Shown here in pieces: positions 8,395 through 15,369 of a stretch of 64,000 bases of DNA. The translations under genes and the position numbers were made by a program. The DNA comes from a virus. The first letter of the stretch is position 1. The number at the start of each line of letters is the position of its first letter. A model generated the notes under the pieces. It saw only the letters and a program-made list of their open reading frames with translations. It ran no database searches and was not told where the DNA came from. Location: IMG/VR virus record IMGVR_UViG_3300021424_002547, positions 1-64,000 of that record; one strand, given 5' to 3'.

Positions 8395-8473
8395 CCGAGT
8401 GTAGGATAGCCTGGTTCATTCCGCCTGCTTTGGGAGCAGGATGTCGCAAGTTCGAATCTTGCCACTCGGACCA
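8395..8473 (+). tRNA. tRNA-Pro(TGG)
   Basis: CCTGC-TTTGGGA-GCAGG, CCA. Confidence 0.92.
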
Positions 8474-8477
8474 TTTT

Positions 8478-8551
8478 GCGTCGTTCGTCTAATGGTAGGG
8501 CCGTGCCCTTACAAGGCACAGACGGAGGTTCGATTCCTTCCGGGGGTGCCA
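8478..8551 (+). tRNA. chimeric tRNA-Val(TAC) with non-cognate 3' acceptor strand
   Basis: Anticodon arm GTGCC-CTTACAA-GGCAC; 5' GCGTCGT does not pair with local CGGGGGT but pairs perfectly with ACGACGC at 9265-9271. Confidence 0.75.
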
Positions 8552-8562
8552 TAAATAGGGTT

Positions 8563-9201
8563 ATGAAAAAGTTATCTGTTTTTTTAAATCATCCTCAATG
8601 TAGTGTGCAAAGCGCACACGGAATTATAAGAGCATTAAGCGACGACTGGGAAATAGATTGCATAGAACGTCATCATCTGAGAGATTCTATTTTAAAAAAA
8701 TATGAAGTTTTAGCTGTGCCGGGCGGACTAGGAGATAGTGATACTTGGCACAATATAATGGAACCTTTCAAAGATACTGTGCTAAATTTTTTGGCAAGAA
8801 ACAAAAAGTATCTTGGTATTTGTATGGGTGCATACTGGGCAGGCTCGTATTATCTTAATGCACTTCAAGGCGTTGAACCTGTACAATACATAAAAAGACC
8901 TAGATCTGAAATTAAAAGAAGTTTTGGAACAGTTGCAGAAATAGATTGGTTAGGTGAAACTGAATCTATGTATTTCTATGACGGATGCACCTTTGAGGAT
9001 CAAGGTGGTGATTACAATATAGTAGCTAGATATGCTAATAAAGATCCAGCTGCTATTATACAAAACAACATAGGCCTAATAGGACCTCATCCCGAAAGTG
9101 ATATCTATTGGTATGCTAAAGGTTATCTAAAACCCCACTGGCATGAATATAGACATCATTTACTGCTGCGTAATTTTGTTCAACAGTTAGTAAAGAATTA
9201 A
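8563..9201 (+). CDS. class I glutamine amidotransferase-like (BPL_N-type) protein
   Basis: VPGG.GD, YLGICMGAY, GPHPE; TAAATA 5 nt before ATG. Confidence 0.8.
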   Translation: MKKLSVFLNHPQCSVQSAHGIIRALSDDWEIDCIERHHLRDSILKKYEVLAVPGGLGDSDTWHNIMEPFKDTVLNFLARNKKYLGICMGAYWAGSYYLNALQGVEPVQYIKRPRSEIKRSFGTVAEIDWLGETESMYFYDGCTFEDQGGDYNIVARYANKDPAAIIQNNIGLIGPHPESDIYWYAKGYLKPHWHEYRHHLLLRNFVQQLVKN

Positions 9202-9202
9202 T

Positions 9203-9275
9203 ACCTCTGCCAATAGATTGGGAGCAGGTCTTCTAAGCCAGCTATCTGAGGGTTCGATTCCTTCACGACGCACCA
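9203..9275 (+). tRNA. chimeric tRNA-Arg(TCT)-like 5' part joined to tRNA-Val 3' end
   Basis: CTTCTAA loop, atypical D arm; 5' ACCTCTG pairs with CGGGGGT at 8541-8547. Confidence 0.6.
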
Positions 9276-9282
9276 GTGTTAT

Positions 9283-9357
9283 GCACGGTTCGACTATCGG
9301 TTAGGTCAACAGCCTTTCACGCTGTAGAGACGGGTTCGACTCCCGTACCGTGTACCA
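9283..9357 (+). tRNA. tRNA-Glu(TTC)
   Basis: ACAGC-CTTTCAC-GCTGT, CCA. Confidence 0.92.
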
Positions 9358-9378
9358 ATATCAACTATAAGTATAATA

Positions 9379-10023
9379 ATGAAGAACTATGTAGACCTTT
9401 TTCCTGTACCTATCGCTAGATATCACAGAGATGATCATGAAGATCTAAGGATCAAATTCCTAACGATATTAGACCAATATCCCAAAGAACGAGCCTACTG
9501 TGAGACGCCGGGGCTGATACATTTTTTCCAAAATGGCGATCTTGATCTCCGGCAATACGAACAATTTCATGATCTACATCGATGGATTTTATCCAGTGTG
9601 AAAGATTACGGCGAGAAATTTTTTGGCATCACAGAGACAGAATTCCTAGATCTAAATGTATGGATCAATGCTAACATAGGAGGTTTCCAGCATCCCCATA
9701 ACCACGGAAATAGTCTCTTCAGCGCCACATACTACATACAGTTTGATTCTGAGATACACAGCGGTCTAGAGTTTCATAACCCTAGGTCACCTAGCAGTCT
9801 GTTCAAACCTTATCTAGACGTTAACGGCAGCAAGGAAACTGAGCACAGTAAACACAAACATCTGATACCTGTGTCCCAAGGGGATCTATTAATATGGCCC
9901 AGCGAACTGATGCATGGGTACGATCAACAGAAAGTCGCTGTGCCTAGGGTGTCGATGAGCATGAATTTCTTACCAGAAACGGTAAAGAGTCATGTCTATG
10001 GTTTTAAAATCAGTAAATTATGA
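9379..10023 (+). CDS. putative 2OG-Fe(II) oxygenase (TIGR02466-like)
   Basis: LFP.PI, HNH..S.FS..YY, WPS.L.H, R.S.SMN. Confidence 0.8.
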   Translation: MKNYVDLFPVPIARYHRDDHEDLRIKFLTILDQYPKERAYCETPGLIHFFQNGDLDLRQYEQFHDLHRWILSSVKDYGEKFFGITETEFLDLNVWINANIGGFQHPHNHGNSLFSATYYIQFDSEIHSGLEFHNPRSPSSLFKPYLDVNGSKETEHSKHKHLIPVSQGDLLIWPSELMHGYDQQKVAVPRVSMSMNFLPETVKSHVYGFKISKL

Positions 10024-10024
10024 T

Positions 10025-10099
10025 GCGGGTATAATTCAGGGGTAGAATGTTTCCTTGCCAAGGAAAATGCCGTCGGTTCGAATCCGACTACCCGCTCCA
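10025..10099 (+). tRNA. tRNA-Gly(GCC)
   Basis: TTTCC-TTGCCAA-GGAAA, CCA. Confidence 0.92.
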
Positions 10100-10105
10100 A
10101 GTTTT

Positions 10106-10200
10106 GCTCCCATAGCTTAACGGTAAAGCTCCCGGCTTATATCCGGGCGATGCCTCTAGATGAGGGGATGATCTAGGTTCGAATCCTAGTGGGAGTACCA
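10106..10200 (+). tRNA. tRNA with TAT anticodon (Ile, AUA reader) and long variable arm
   Basis: CCCGG-CTTATAT-CCGGG; 7-bp acceptor, T arm CTAGG/CCTAG; about 25-nt extra arm. Confidence 0.8.
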
Positions 10201-10206
10201 TTTTAT

Positions 10207-10281
10207 GTATCGGTAGTGTCAACGGCAGCACGACAGTCTCCAAAACTGCTAGTGAGGGTTCGAATCCTTCCCGGTACGCCA
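10207..10281 (+). tRNA. tRNA-Trp(CCA)
   Basis: CAGT-CTCCAAA-ACTG, G73, CCA. Confidence 0.9.
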
Positions 10282-10299
10282 CATTCAAGAAAGGAGGGC

Positions 10300-10911
10300 A
10301 TGATGCCTAGCGTATTTTTAGTATCGGACACGCACTTCGGACACGCTGGCGTGTGCCGATTCACTCGAAATGACGGAGTAACGAAGTTAAGACCTTGGAC
10401 AGATCCAGATGAGATGGATGAGGCTATGGTCAAGGCTTGGAACGAAAAGGTCAAGCCCACGGACAAGGTCTACCATCTCGGTGATGTGGTGATCAATCGT
10501 AAGGCTATGAAAACCTTGGCTCGTTTGAACGGTGATAAGGTTTTGATCCGCGGTAATCACGATATCTTTCGTGATGACGAATACCGCGAATACTTCCGTG
10601 AGTTACGTGCTTACCATGTGATGAATGGAATGATCTTGTCACACATTCCTGTACACAGTGACAGTTTGGGTCGCTTCGGTACCAACATTCACGGACACTT
10701 ACACGCCAACCGTGTAAAGAAAGCCCGCGGAGTTGATGCCAGAACGGGTGCTGTTTTGTACAGCGATGAGATCGATCCTAGATACCATTGTGTCTGTGTA
10801 GAACAAACTCCCGATTTCGCACCAATCTTATTCGAAGATGTCATAAAGCGTATCCAAGAGGAAGGTGGCGAAATAGGTTTCCGCAGCGGTAATGGCCCTA
10901 TCGTAGATTAG
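10300..10911 (+). CDS. calcineurin-like metallophosphoesterase
   Basis: SDTHFGH, LGD, GNHD, HGHLH; AAGGAGG RBS. Confidence 0.9.
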   Translation: MMPSVFLVSDTHFGHAGVCRFTRNDGVTKLRPWTDPDEMDEAMVKAWNEKVKPTDKVYHLGDVVINRKAMKTLARLNGDKVLIRGNHDIFRDDEYREYFRELRAYHVMNGMILSHIPVHSDSLGRFGTNIHGHLHANRVKKARGVDARTGAVLYSDEIDPRYHCVCVEQTPDFAPILFEDVIKRIQEEGGEIGFRSGNGPIVD

Positions 10912-10957
10912 AGTTTTTCTCGGTTCTCTTCTAAATAAAAACCGAGACCAAATGCAT

Positions 10958-11035
10958 GCAACGGTGGCAGAGAGGCCCAATGCAAGAGTCTGCAAAACTC
11001 TAAAACCGTGAGTTCGAATCTCACCCGTTGCTCCA
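10958..11035 (+). tRNA. tRNA-Cys(GCA)
   Basis: AGAGT-CTGCAAA-ACTCT, U73, intact acceptor stem. Confidence 0.9.
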
Positions 11036-11039
11036 GAAC

Positions 11040-11120
11040 GCCCCTATGGCCAAAATGGTAAAGGCGGCTCTCTCAAAAGGAGTGTTATAACTATCGGTTC
11101 GATTCCTACCGGGGAGGCCA
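11040..11120 (+). tRNA. chimeric tRNA-Leu(CAA) with foreign 3' end
   Basis: 5' two-thirds nearly identical to 11730-11810; T stem ATCGG/CCTAC mismatched. Confidence 0.65.
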
Positions 11121-11133
11121 TATTAAATATTCA

Positions 11134-11382
11134 ATGAACTGGATAAAAATTAACAGTCTTGAATTTGCTCAAGAAGTAGTCCGAGACAGTGATCACGGAC
11201 CAGTTACTTGGTTATATATCCGTGGACCTCAAGGTACGGTCAGAGCCTACGACATAGGCTTTATCACTGATGGGTACTATGAGCAGTATCCAGATCGGTT
11301 ATGGGATCTTTACCTGGATATACTTGCTGTACTAGCAGGACACTATCACTGTTGCTTGTCGGGCAGAGTTTGGAATTTTTGA
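11134..11382 (+). CDS. hypothetical protein
   Basis: TAAATA 4 nt before ATG. Confidence 0.55.
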   Translation: MNWIKINSLEFAQEVVRDSDHGPVTWLYIRGPQGTVRAYDIGFITDGYYEQYPDRLWDLYLDILAVLAGHYHCCLSGRVWNF

Positions 11383-11552
11383 AAAGATCTTTGTTGCCAC
11401 CACATAAGCCACGGACTTATGTGAGCCAGACACATTACTAACCACATCATGGGCATTTCTATACCATGATGAGAATTCAAATAACTTATCACGGCTCCTA
11501 GTAGAAACACAGGTGCCGGAGCAAGACTAAAGAATGTATTAATTTTTTTCAT
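11346..11552 (-). CDS. small membrane protein
   Basis: Two hydrophobic helices; TAAATA 5 nt before ATG on minus strand. Confidence 0.6.
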   Translation of the reverse strand: MKKINTFFSLAPAPVFLLGAVISYLNSHHGIEMPMMWLVMCLAHISPWLMWWQQRSFQKFQTLPDKQQ

Positions 11553-11567
11553 ACAAGTATTTATAAT

Positions 11568-11639
11568 GCCTCTGCAGATGGAGCTGTGCCAGGCCTTCTA
11601 AGCCAGGTTATGAGGGTTCGAATCCGATTGGGGGCACCA
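11568..11639 (+). tRNA. chimeric tRNA-Arg(TCT)-like 5' part joined to tRNA-Leu 3' end
   Basis: GGC-CTTCTAA-GCC; 3' CCGATTGGGGGCACCA complements the Leu(CAA) 5' half at 11040. Confidence 0.55.
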
Positions 11640-11647
11640 AAGATTAT

Positions 11648-11725
11648 GGAAGTGTGGCAGAGAGGCCCAATGCAAGAGTCTGCAAAACTCTAAAGCCGTC
11701 GGTTCGAATCCGACTCCTCACTCCA
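11648..11725 (+). tRNA. chimeric tRNA-Cys(GCA) with Ser-type 5' acceptor strand
   Basis: Body duplicates 10958 copy; 5' GGAAGTG is identical to Ser(TGA) at 11818 and does not pair with 3' TCCTCAC. Confidence 0.65.
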
Positions 11726-11729
11726 GTAT

Positions 11730-11810
11730 GCCCCTATGGCCAAATAGGTAAAGGCGGCTCTCTCAAAAGGAGTGTCATAACTATCGGTTCGAATCCGATT
11801 AGGGGCACCA
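11730..11810 (+). tRNA. tRNA-Leu(CAA)
   Basis: Intact cloverleaf, CTCAAAA loop, CCA. Confidence 0.88.
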
Positions 11811-11817
11811 GTATTAT

Positions 11818-11907
11818 GGAAGTGTGGCAGAGCCTGGCTGAATGCACCTGTCTTGAAAACAGACGATCCGAAAGGGTCCGTGAGTTCGAATCTCACCGCT
11901 TCCACCA
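11818..11907 (+). tRNA. tRNA-Ser(TGA)
   Basis: CTGT-CTTGAAA-ACAG, long variable arm, CCA. Confidence 0.9.
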
Positions 11908-11911
11908 AACT

Positions 11912-12002
11912 ATGTTCCAGTCTTTGTACAGTGAATCCAGCCGGGTGCCTATAAGGTTAGTAGAGACTATGCTGTCGCGGGTAAGCAGCATCTCGGGAAC
12001 AT
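11912..12002 (+). ncRNA. unidentified structured RNA
   Basis: Closing stem ATGTTCC/GGAACAT; internal AGTCT/AGACT and ATGCTG/CAGCAT. Confidence 0.45.
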
Positions 12003-12077
12003 CGGTCCGTAGCTCAGTGGAAGAGTTCTGGTCTTCGAAACCAGCAGTCGGGAGTTCGAATCTCTCCGGACCGGCCA
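12003..12077 (+). tRNA. tRNA-Arg(TCG)
   Basis: CTGGT-CTTCGAA-ACCAG, CCA. Confidence 0.9.
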
Positions 12078-12095
12078 AACATAAAGGAGAATGAT

Positions 12096-12299
12096 ATGAA
12101 ACCCGTAACATTTAGAAATCGATTGAATGGTGAGCGATTCGTCTGCGAAGATACTCGTGCCGTCGAGCAGATTGACGGAGTAGAATATCTCATAGTCCAT
12201 CGTCCCGACGAGCATCGCTCATTCAAGATGCGCAGAGATGCGCTGGAGAAAGATACCGCCGTGGTGAAAGGGATATCACGAAACTTTGCGAAGGTTTAG
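12096..12299 (+). CDS. hypothetical protein (3' end overlaps tRNA-Arg(GCG))
   Basis: AAAGGAG RBS. Confidence 0.65.
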   Translation: MKPVTFRNRLNGERFVCEDTRAVEQIDGVEYLIVHRPDEHRSFKMRRDALEKDTAVVKGISRNFAKV

Positions 12300-12329
12300 T
12301 TTCACGTTCGACTCGTGGCGGCGGTGCCA
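12255..12329 (+). tRNA. tRNA-Arg(GCG)
   Basis: Acceptor ACCGCCG/CGGCGGT, D arm GTGA/TCAC, AAACT-TTGCGAA-GGTTT, CCA. Confidence 0.8.
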
Positions 12330-12335
12330 AACAAT

Positions 12336-12411
12336 GCAGGGGATAGTGTACCGGTGCGCACAACTGTCTGTGAAACAGTAAGATAGGGTTCAACTCCCGT
12401 CCACCTGCCCA
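12336..12411 (+). tRNA. tRNA-His(GTG), imperfect stems
   Basis: ACTGT-CTGTGAA-ACAGT, G-1/C73; acceptor and T stems have mismatches. Confidence 0.65.
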
Positions 12412-12413
12412 AA

Positions 12414-12489
12414 CCCGATTAAGCTAACCTGGTGGAAGCGTCTGTTTGAAGCACAGAAGGGCTTGGTTCGATTCCAAGAGTTGGGACCA
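12414..12489 (+). tRNA. tRNA-Phe(GAA)
   Basis: TCTGT-TTGAAGC-ACAGA, CCA. Confidence 0.85.
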
Positions 12490-12497
12490 TATTTCCG

Positions 12498-12526
12498 TTG
12501 ACAACTGAAGATTTAGAATACATAAT
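12498..12526 (+). promoter_or_regulatory. sigma70-type promoter before tRNA-Leu(TAG)
   Basis: TTGACA-N17-CATAAT. Confidence 0.7.
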
Positions 12527-12541
12527 ACTATTAAGATTAAT

Positions 12542-12624
12542 GCCCCGGTGGTGGAATGGTAGACATGACGGTCTTAGAAGCCGTTGCCTAGTGCGTGAGA
12601 GTTCGAGTCTCTCCTGGGGCACCA
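12542..12624 (+). tRNA. tRNA-Leu(TAG)
   Basis: ACGGT-CTTAGAA-GCCGT, variable arm, CCA. Confidence 0.92.
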
Positions 12625-12629
12625 AAGAT

Positions 12630-12788
12630 ATGAAACTATACGAAGCGACGATCAGAGAACCCGGGCCTGGCACAGAAGAACGCAAGGTTCGGATAGGTGC
12701 CGAAAGCGCCGAAGAAGCCCGCAGGCTGCTACAGCAGCTCTACGGGCCGAGATCAGTTCCCTATCTGCCTCGTGTAGTCCCAAATTAA
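12630..12788 (+). CDS. small hypothetical protein
   Basis: MKLYEATIR... between tRNAs. Confidence 0.55.
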   Translation: MKLYEATIREPGPGTEERKVRIGAESAEEARRLLQQLYGPRSVPYLPRVVPN

Positions 12789-12789
12789 T

Positions 12790-12877
12790 GGAGGGGTCCC
12801 ATAATGGTATTGGAGCAGATTGCTAATCTGTCGGTTGCGCAAGCGGCTTCGGGGTTCAAGTCCCCGTCCCTCCACCA
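12790..12877 (+). tRNA. tRNA-Ser(GCT)
   Basis: GCAGA-TTGCTAA-TCTGT, long variable arm, CCA. Confidence 0.9.
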
Positions 12878-12898
12878 ATATTTTTACAAAGGACTGAT

Positions 12899-13078
12899 AT
12901 GTTTCTAAAACCCACAGCAGCATTTCGATTAAATCAGCAGTCAAAAAGGATCATGGCTACCTATCTTGATCCTCACAAGAGAGGAGAATATAAACGTTCG
13001 ATGATCGAAGCACAATTGGCATCCCTGATCCAACCTAGAGTAATAAAAACTAAAAGAGATGAAAAGGACGCAGAATAA
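12899..13078 (+). CDS. hypothetical protein (59 aa, below ORF-track cutoff)
   Basis: AAAGGA RBS; MFLKPTAAFRLNQQSKRIMA...; TAATG overlap with next ORF. Confidence 0.65.
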   Translation: MFLKPTAAFRLNQQSKRIMATYLDPHKRGEYKRSMIEAQLASLIQPRVIKTKRDEKDAE

Positions 13079-13290
13079 TGGCAAATGTACAACACAGAGA
13101 TCCAATGAAGACCAAAACAGGCAAGACTAGATTGGGTCCTCTGAATCTCCGACAATTGACAGAAATGTTAGCCAAAGAAACCAGATCCAAGAACAAGGGT
13201 AGGATCCAAAACAGGATCCGTGCTTTGGAGAAAATGGGTTTCAAATTACCACAAGAACCGGTTGCAGACTCAGTCTCAGAGACTGTATAA
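13078..13290 (+). CDS. small basic hypothetical protein
   Basis: Coupled ORF; KTKTGKTRLGPLN. Confidence 0.6.
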   Translation: MANVQHRDPMKTKTGKTRLGPLNLRQLTEMLAKETRSKNKGRIQNRIRALEKMGFKLPQEPVADSVSETV

Positions 13291-13299
13291 TAAGTTTTG

Positions 13300-13540
13300 T
13301 CCAGTAGCGATACTGGACCGGTGAAGCGAAGGGTAGATGAGGATAGACACAATAGTTTCAGGCTTCATGCCCGAGACGACAATACTGGCAAAGCGACTTG
13401 AAATCGCTCCGTGCCCGTGTGCTCCGATCCTATACAGACCTGTCATTTGCTGATCGGATATAAGCAGGCCTCTGTGCTTTGTGCATTGTGGCTTGTCTAG
13501 GGAAATCTTAACAGATCCCGCTTGTACATTGTCCGGTCTA
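13300..13540 (+). ncRNA. candidate structured ncRNA
   Basis: About 240 nt with no ORF; GACCGG/CCGGTC closing stem and several hairpins. Confidence 0.4.
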
Positions 13541-13544
13541 TTAC

Positions 13545-13573
13545 TTGACCTTTCGTCGATCCGTCACTATAAT
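13545..13573 (+). promoter_or_regulatory. sigma70-type promoter
   Basis: TTGACC-N17-TATAAT. Confidence 0.75.
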
Positions 13574-13587
13574 ATAAAGGATAGAGG

Positions 13588-13803
13588 ATGGCTAGGATTA
13601 CTTCGCAGAAAGCAGCACAGGTATATGGTGGATTGTTCGATCTGGTACTAGGTGCTAGCCAACGGGCTCGAGAACTCAGGAGAGGCTCCTCTCCCAAAAT
13701 CGTCTGCGACAACGGTCCGGTAGTTACCGCTCTGAAAGAAGTAGAACAAGGTCTTTATACCAAACAAGATTATATGAAATCTCTTAAAGGAAAAAACAAA
13801 TGA
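13588..13803 (+). CDS. rpoZ: RNA polymerase omega subunit homologue
   Basis: MARIT...FDLVL.AS.RAREL..G..P.....P.VTAL.E...G. Confidence 0.85.
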   Translation: MARITSQKAAQVYGGLFDLVLGASQRARELRRGSSPKIVCDNGPVVTALKEVEQGLYTKQDYMKSLKGKNK

Positions 13804-14369
13804 ACATCACACTGCGCAAAGCCAACGCCGTACAAAACGCTATCCAAGAAACTATCCGCGGCATCGAGATCAAAACCCATATCGATATCAACGAATTCCA
13901 GGATGTTACTGCAGAGTTGCAGTCCGCCAACAATTCTCTGTTCGCCAATGACGCTCGCCGACAGAAATTATTGCTGGCGCTTTACAATATCCGTGGTCTA
14001 GTAGGTGCTGCCAACTCGCAGAGCGAAATCGACGTGAAATTAGCCACAGCCGCATTCGTAGACAAACGTGTGTCTCAATTAGAAGAACTGGCTCAGGTCA
14101 AGCCTGTGACTGATCTCGCAGTGATCAATGGTCGGTTAGACAAGATCCGTAATCGCAAGGATGACAGTCGCAGCCTCTACGGTCGAGATGAATCTGTTAA
14201 TACTTCAGTGATCGGTCAGGATCAACTCAAGCAGATCCGCGACGAGATCAAAAACCTCAAAAAGCAGAAGCAGAAGATCAACGACGAAATCCTCGAACTA
14301 AACATCAAGACCGAAATTCCTCTGAGCGACGATGTAGTAAATACTTTGACAGCAGAAGGATTGCTGTAA
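13800..14369 (+). CDS. coiled-coil hypothetical phage protein
   Basis: MNITLRKAN...; ATGA overlap. Confidence 0.7.
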   Translation: MNITLRKANAVQNAIQETIRGIEIKTHIDINEFQDVTAELQSANNSLFANDARRQKLLLALYNIRGLVGAANSQSEIDVKLATAAFVDKRVSQLEELAQVKPVTDLAVINGRLDKIRNRKDDSRSLYGRDESVNTSVIGQDQLKQIRDEIKNLKKQKQKINDEILELNIKTEIPLSDDVVNTLTAEGLL

Positions 14370-14370
14370 T

Positions 14371-14640
14371 CGACCCCGGGATCCCTACCCGTGATTATAG
14401 GGGGCGATTGCCGCAGCCATACTGACACGGCGCATACGGTCGATGCCGCGAGCCGGGCCTTGAGATTACCGTAGATGTGTGCATATCCATGCCATAAACT
14501 GAGATGACGGACGGAGTAACTGCCCAGCCTGGGTCCATCTGGAATTGTTAGCCAGACATATTCGAAGAGTAGATTGACGAGATGGTTATACCTGAGCAAG
14601 AGAAACTCCACAAGTCGATTTGCGATCCAAGAAGATTTAT
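14371..14640. ncRNA. GC-rich intergenic region, possible ncRNA
   Basis: No credible ORF; GC-rich relative to flanks; local hairpins (CCCTA/TAGGG). Confidence 0.3.
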
Positions 14641-14744
14641 AATCTCTAATCATCTATTACACAAAATCAAATATAGAAGATGCAGTAAATATCCCATAAA
14701 TAAAGAAAATATAATATCTTAGCACTGTTAATTTAGGAAAAAAT

Positions 14745-15356
14745 ATGTATTCAAAGATTCAAACTTTGGAAGATTGTAGCCCTTTTTACATACGATTTAC
14801 TTTCGATAAATTAGACTCAATTATTCAATTTGTAATTTCTAAATTATATACACTAAAAATTAGACATACCAGTACCTATTTCCATAAAGATTTTCCAGTC
14901 GAAATTTCTAAAGAAATAATTTCTTTGCTTCCGGATGATTTTAAATTTGATTTTATTTTAGATAGAGTTTCAATTTTCGAAACTCCGCCGGGCGGAGGAT
15001 GTGGAATCCATAAGGATGCGAAAGATCATAGGGTAAGTTTTAATATACCTATAGAAATTCATGATACCTTATGCACAACTTATTGGTATGATAACGATCA
15101 ATTTGATCATTTTAATCACAACATCAATAGACTAAAAGGTTATACTCGTAATATATATCCCGACTTCAATTCTATGAATAAGTTTACTCATAGTAAGTCT
15201 ATGGTAGCATCTGTTGGAGAAATGATATTATTTAATACAGAAATTTTCCATTCTTGGAAAAATGAATCTTCTTATTCTAGAAAAATTTTAACCTTAAGGG
15301 TAACGAATCCCGGATTTATGTATTTTGACGATGCAAAAAAAATATTAAACTTATAA
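14745..15356 (+). CDS. 2OG-Fe(II) oxygenase/cupin-like protein
   Basis: HKD...FNIPI...FHSW...R. Confidence 0.6.
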   Translation: MYSKIQTLEDCSPFYIRFTFDKLDSIIQFVISKLYTLKIRHTSTYFHKDFPVEISKEIISLLPDDFKFDFILDRVSIFETPPGGGCGIHKDAKDHRVSFNIPIEIHDTLCTTYWYDNDQFDHFNHNINRLKGYTRNIYPDFNSMNKFTHSKSMVASVGEMILFNTEIFHSWKNESSYSRKILTLRVTNPGFMYFDDAKKILNL

Positions 15357-15369
15357 GGTAAAATATTTA

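Noticed and set aside
9203-11639. Amber suppressor (CTA) reading of the TTCTAA loops, and genome recoding
   Set aside because: Stem register centres the 7-nt loop CTTCTAA on TCT (Arg). Genes throughout the window end normally at TAG and TGA.
11654-12944. Several ORFs on both strands across tRNA genes
   Set aside because: Their peptides are typical tRNA sense/antisense translations.
14371-14640. tmRNA or RNase P RNA
   Set aside because: No T-arm/CCA end, tag reading frame or GAGGAAAGTCC-type core could be found.
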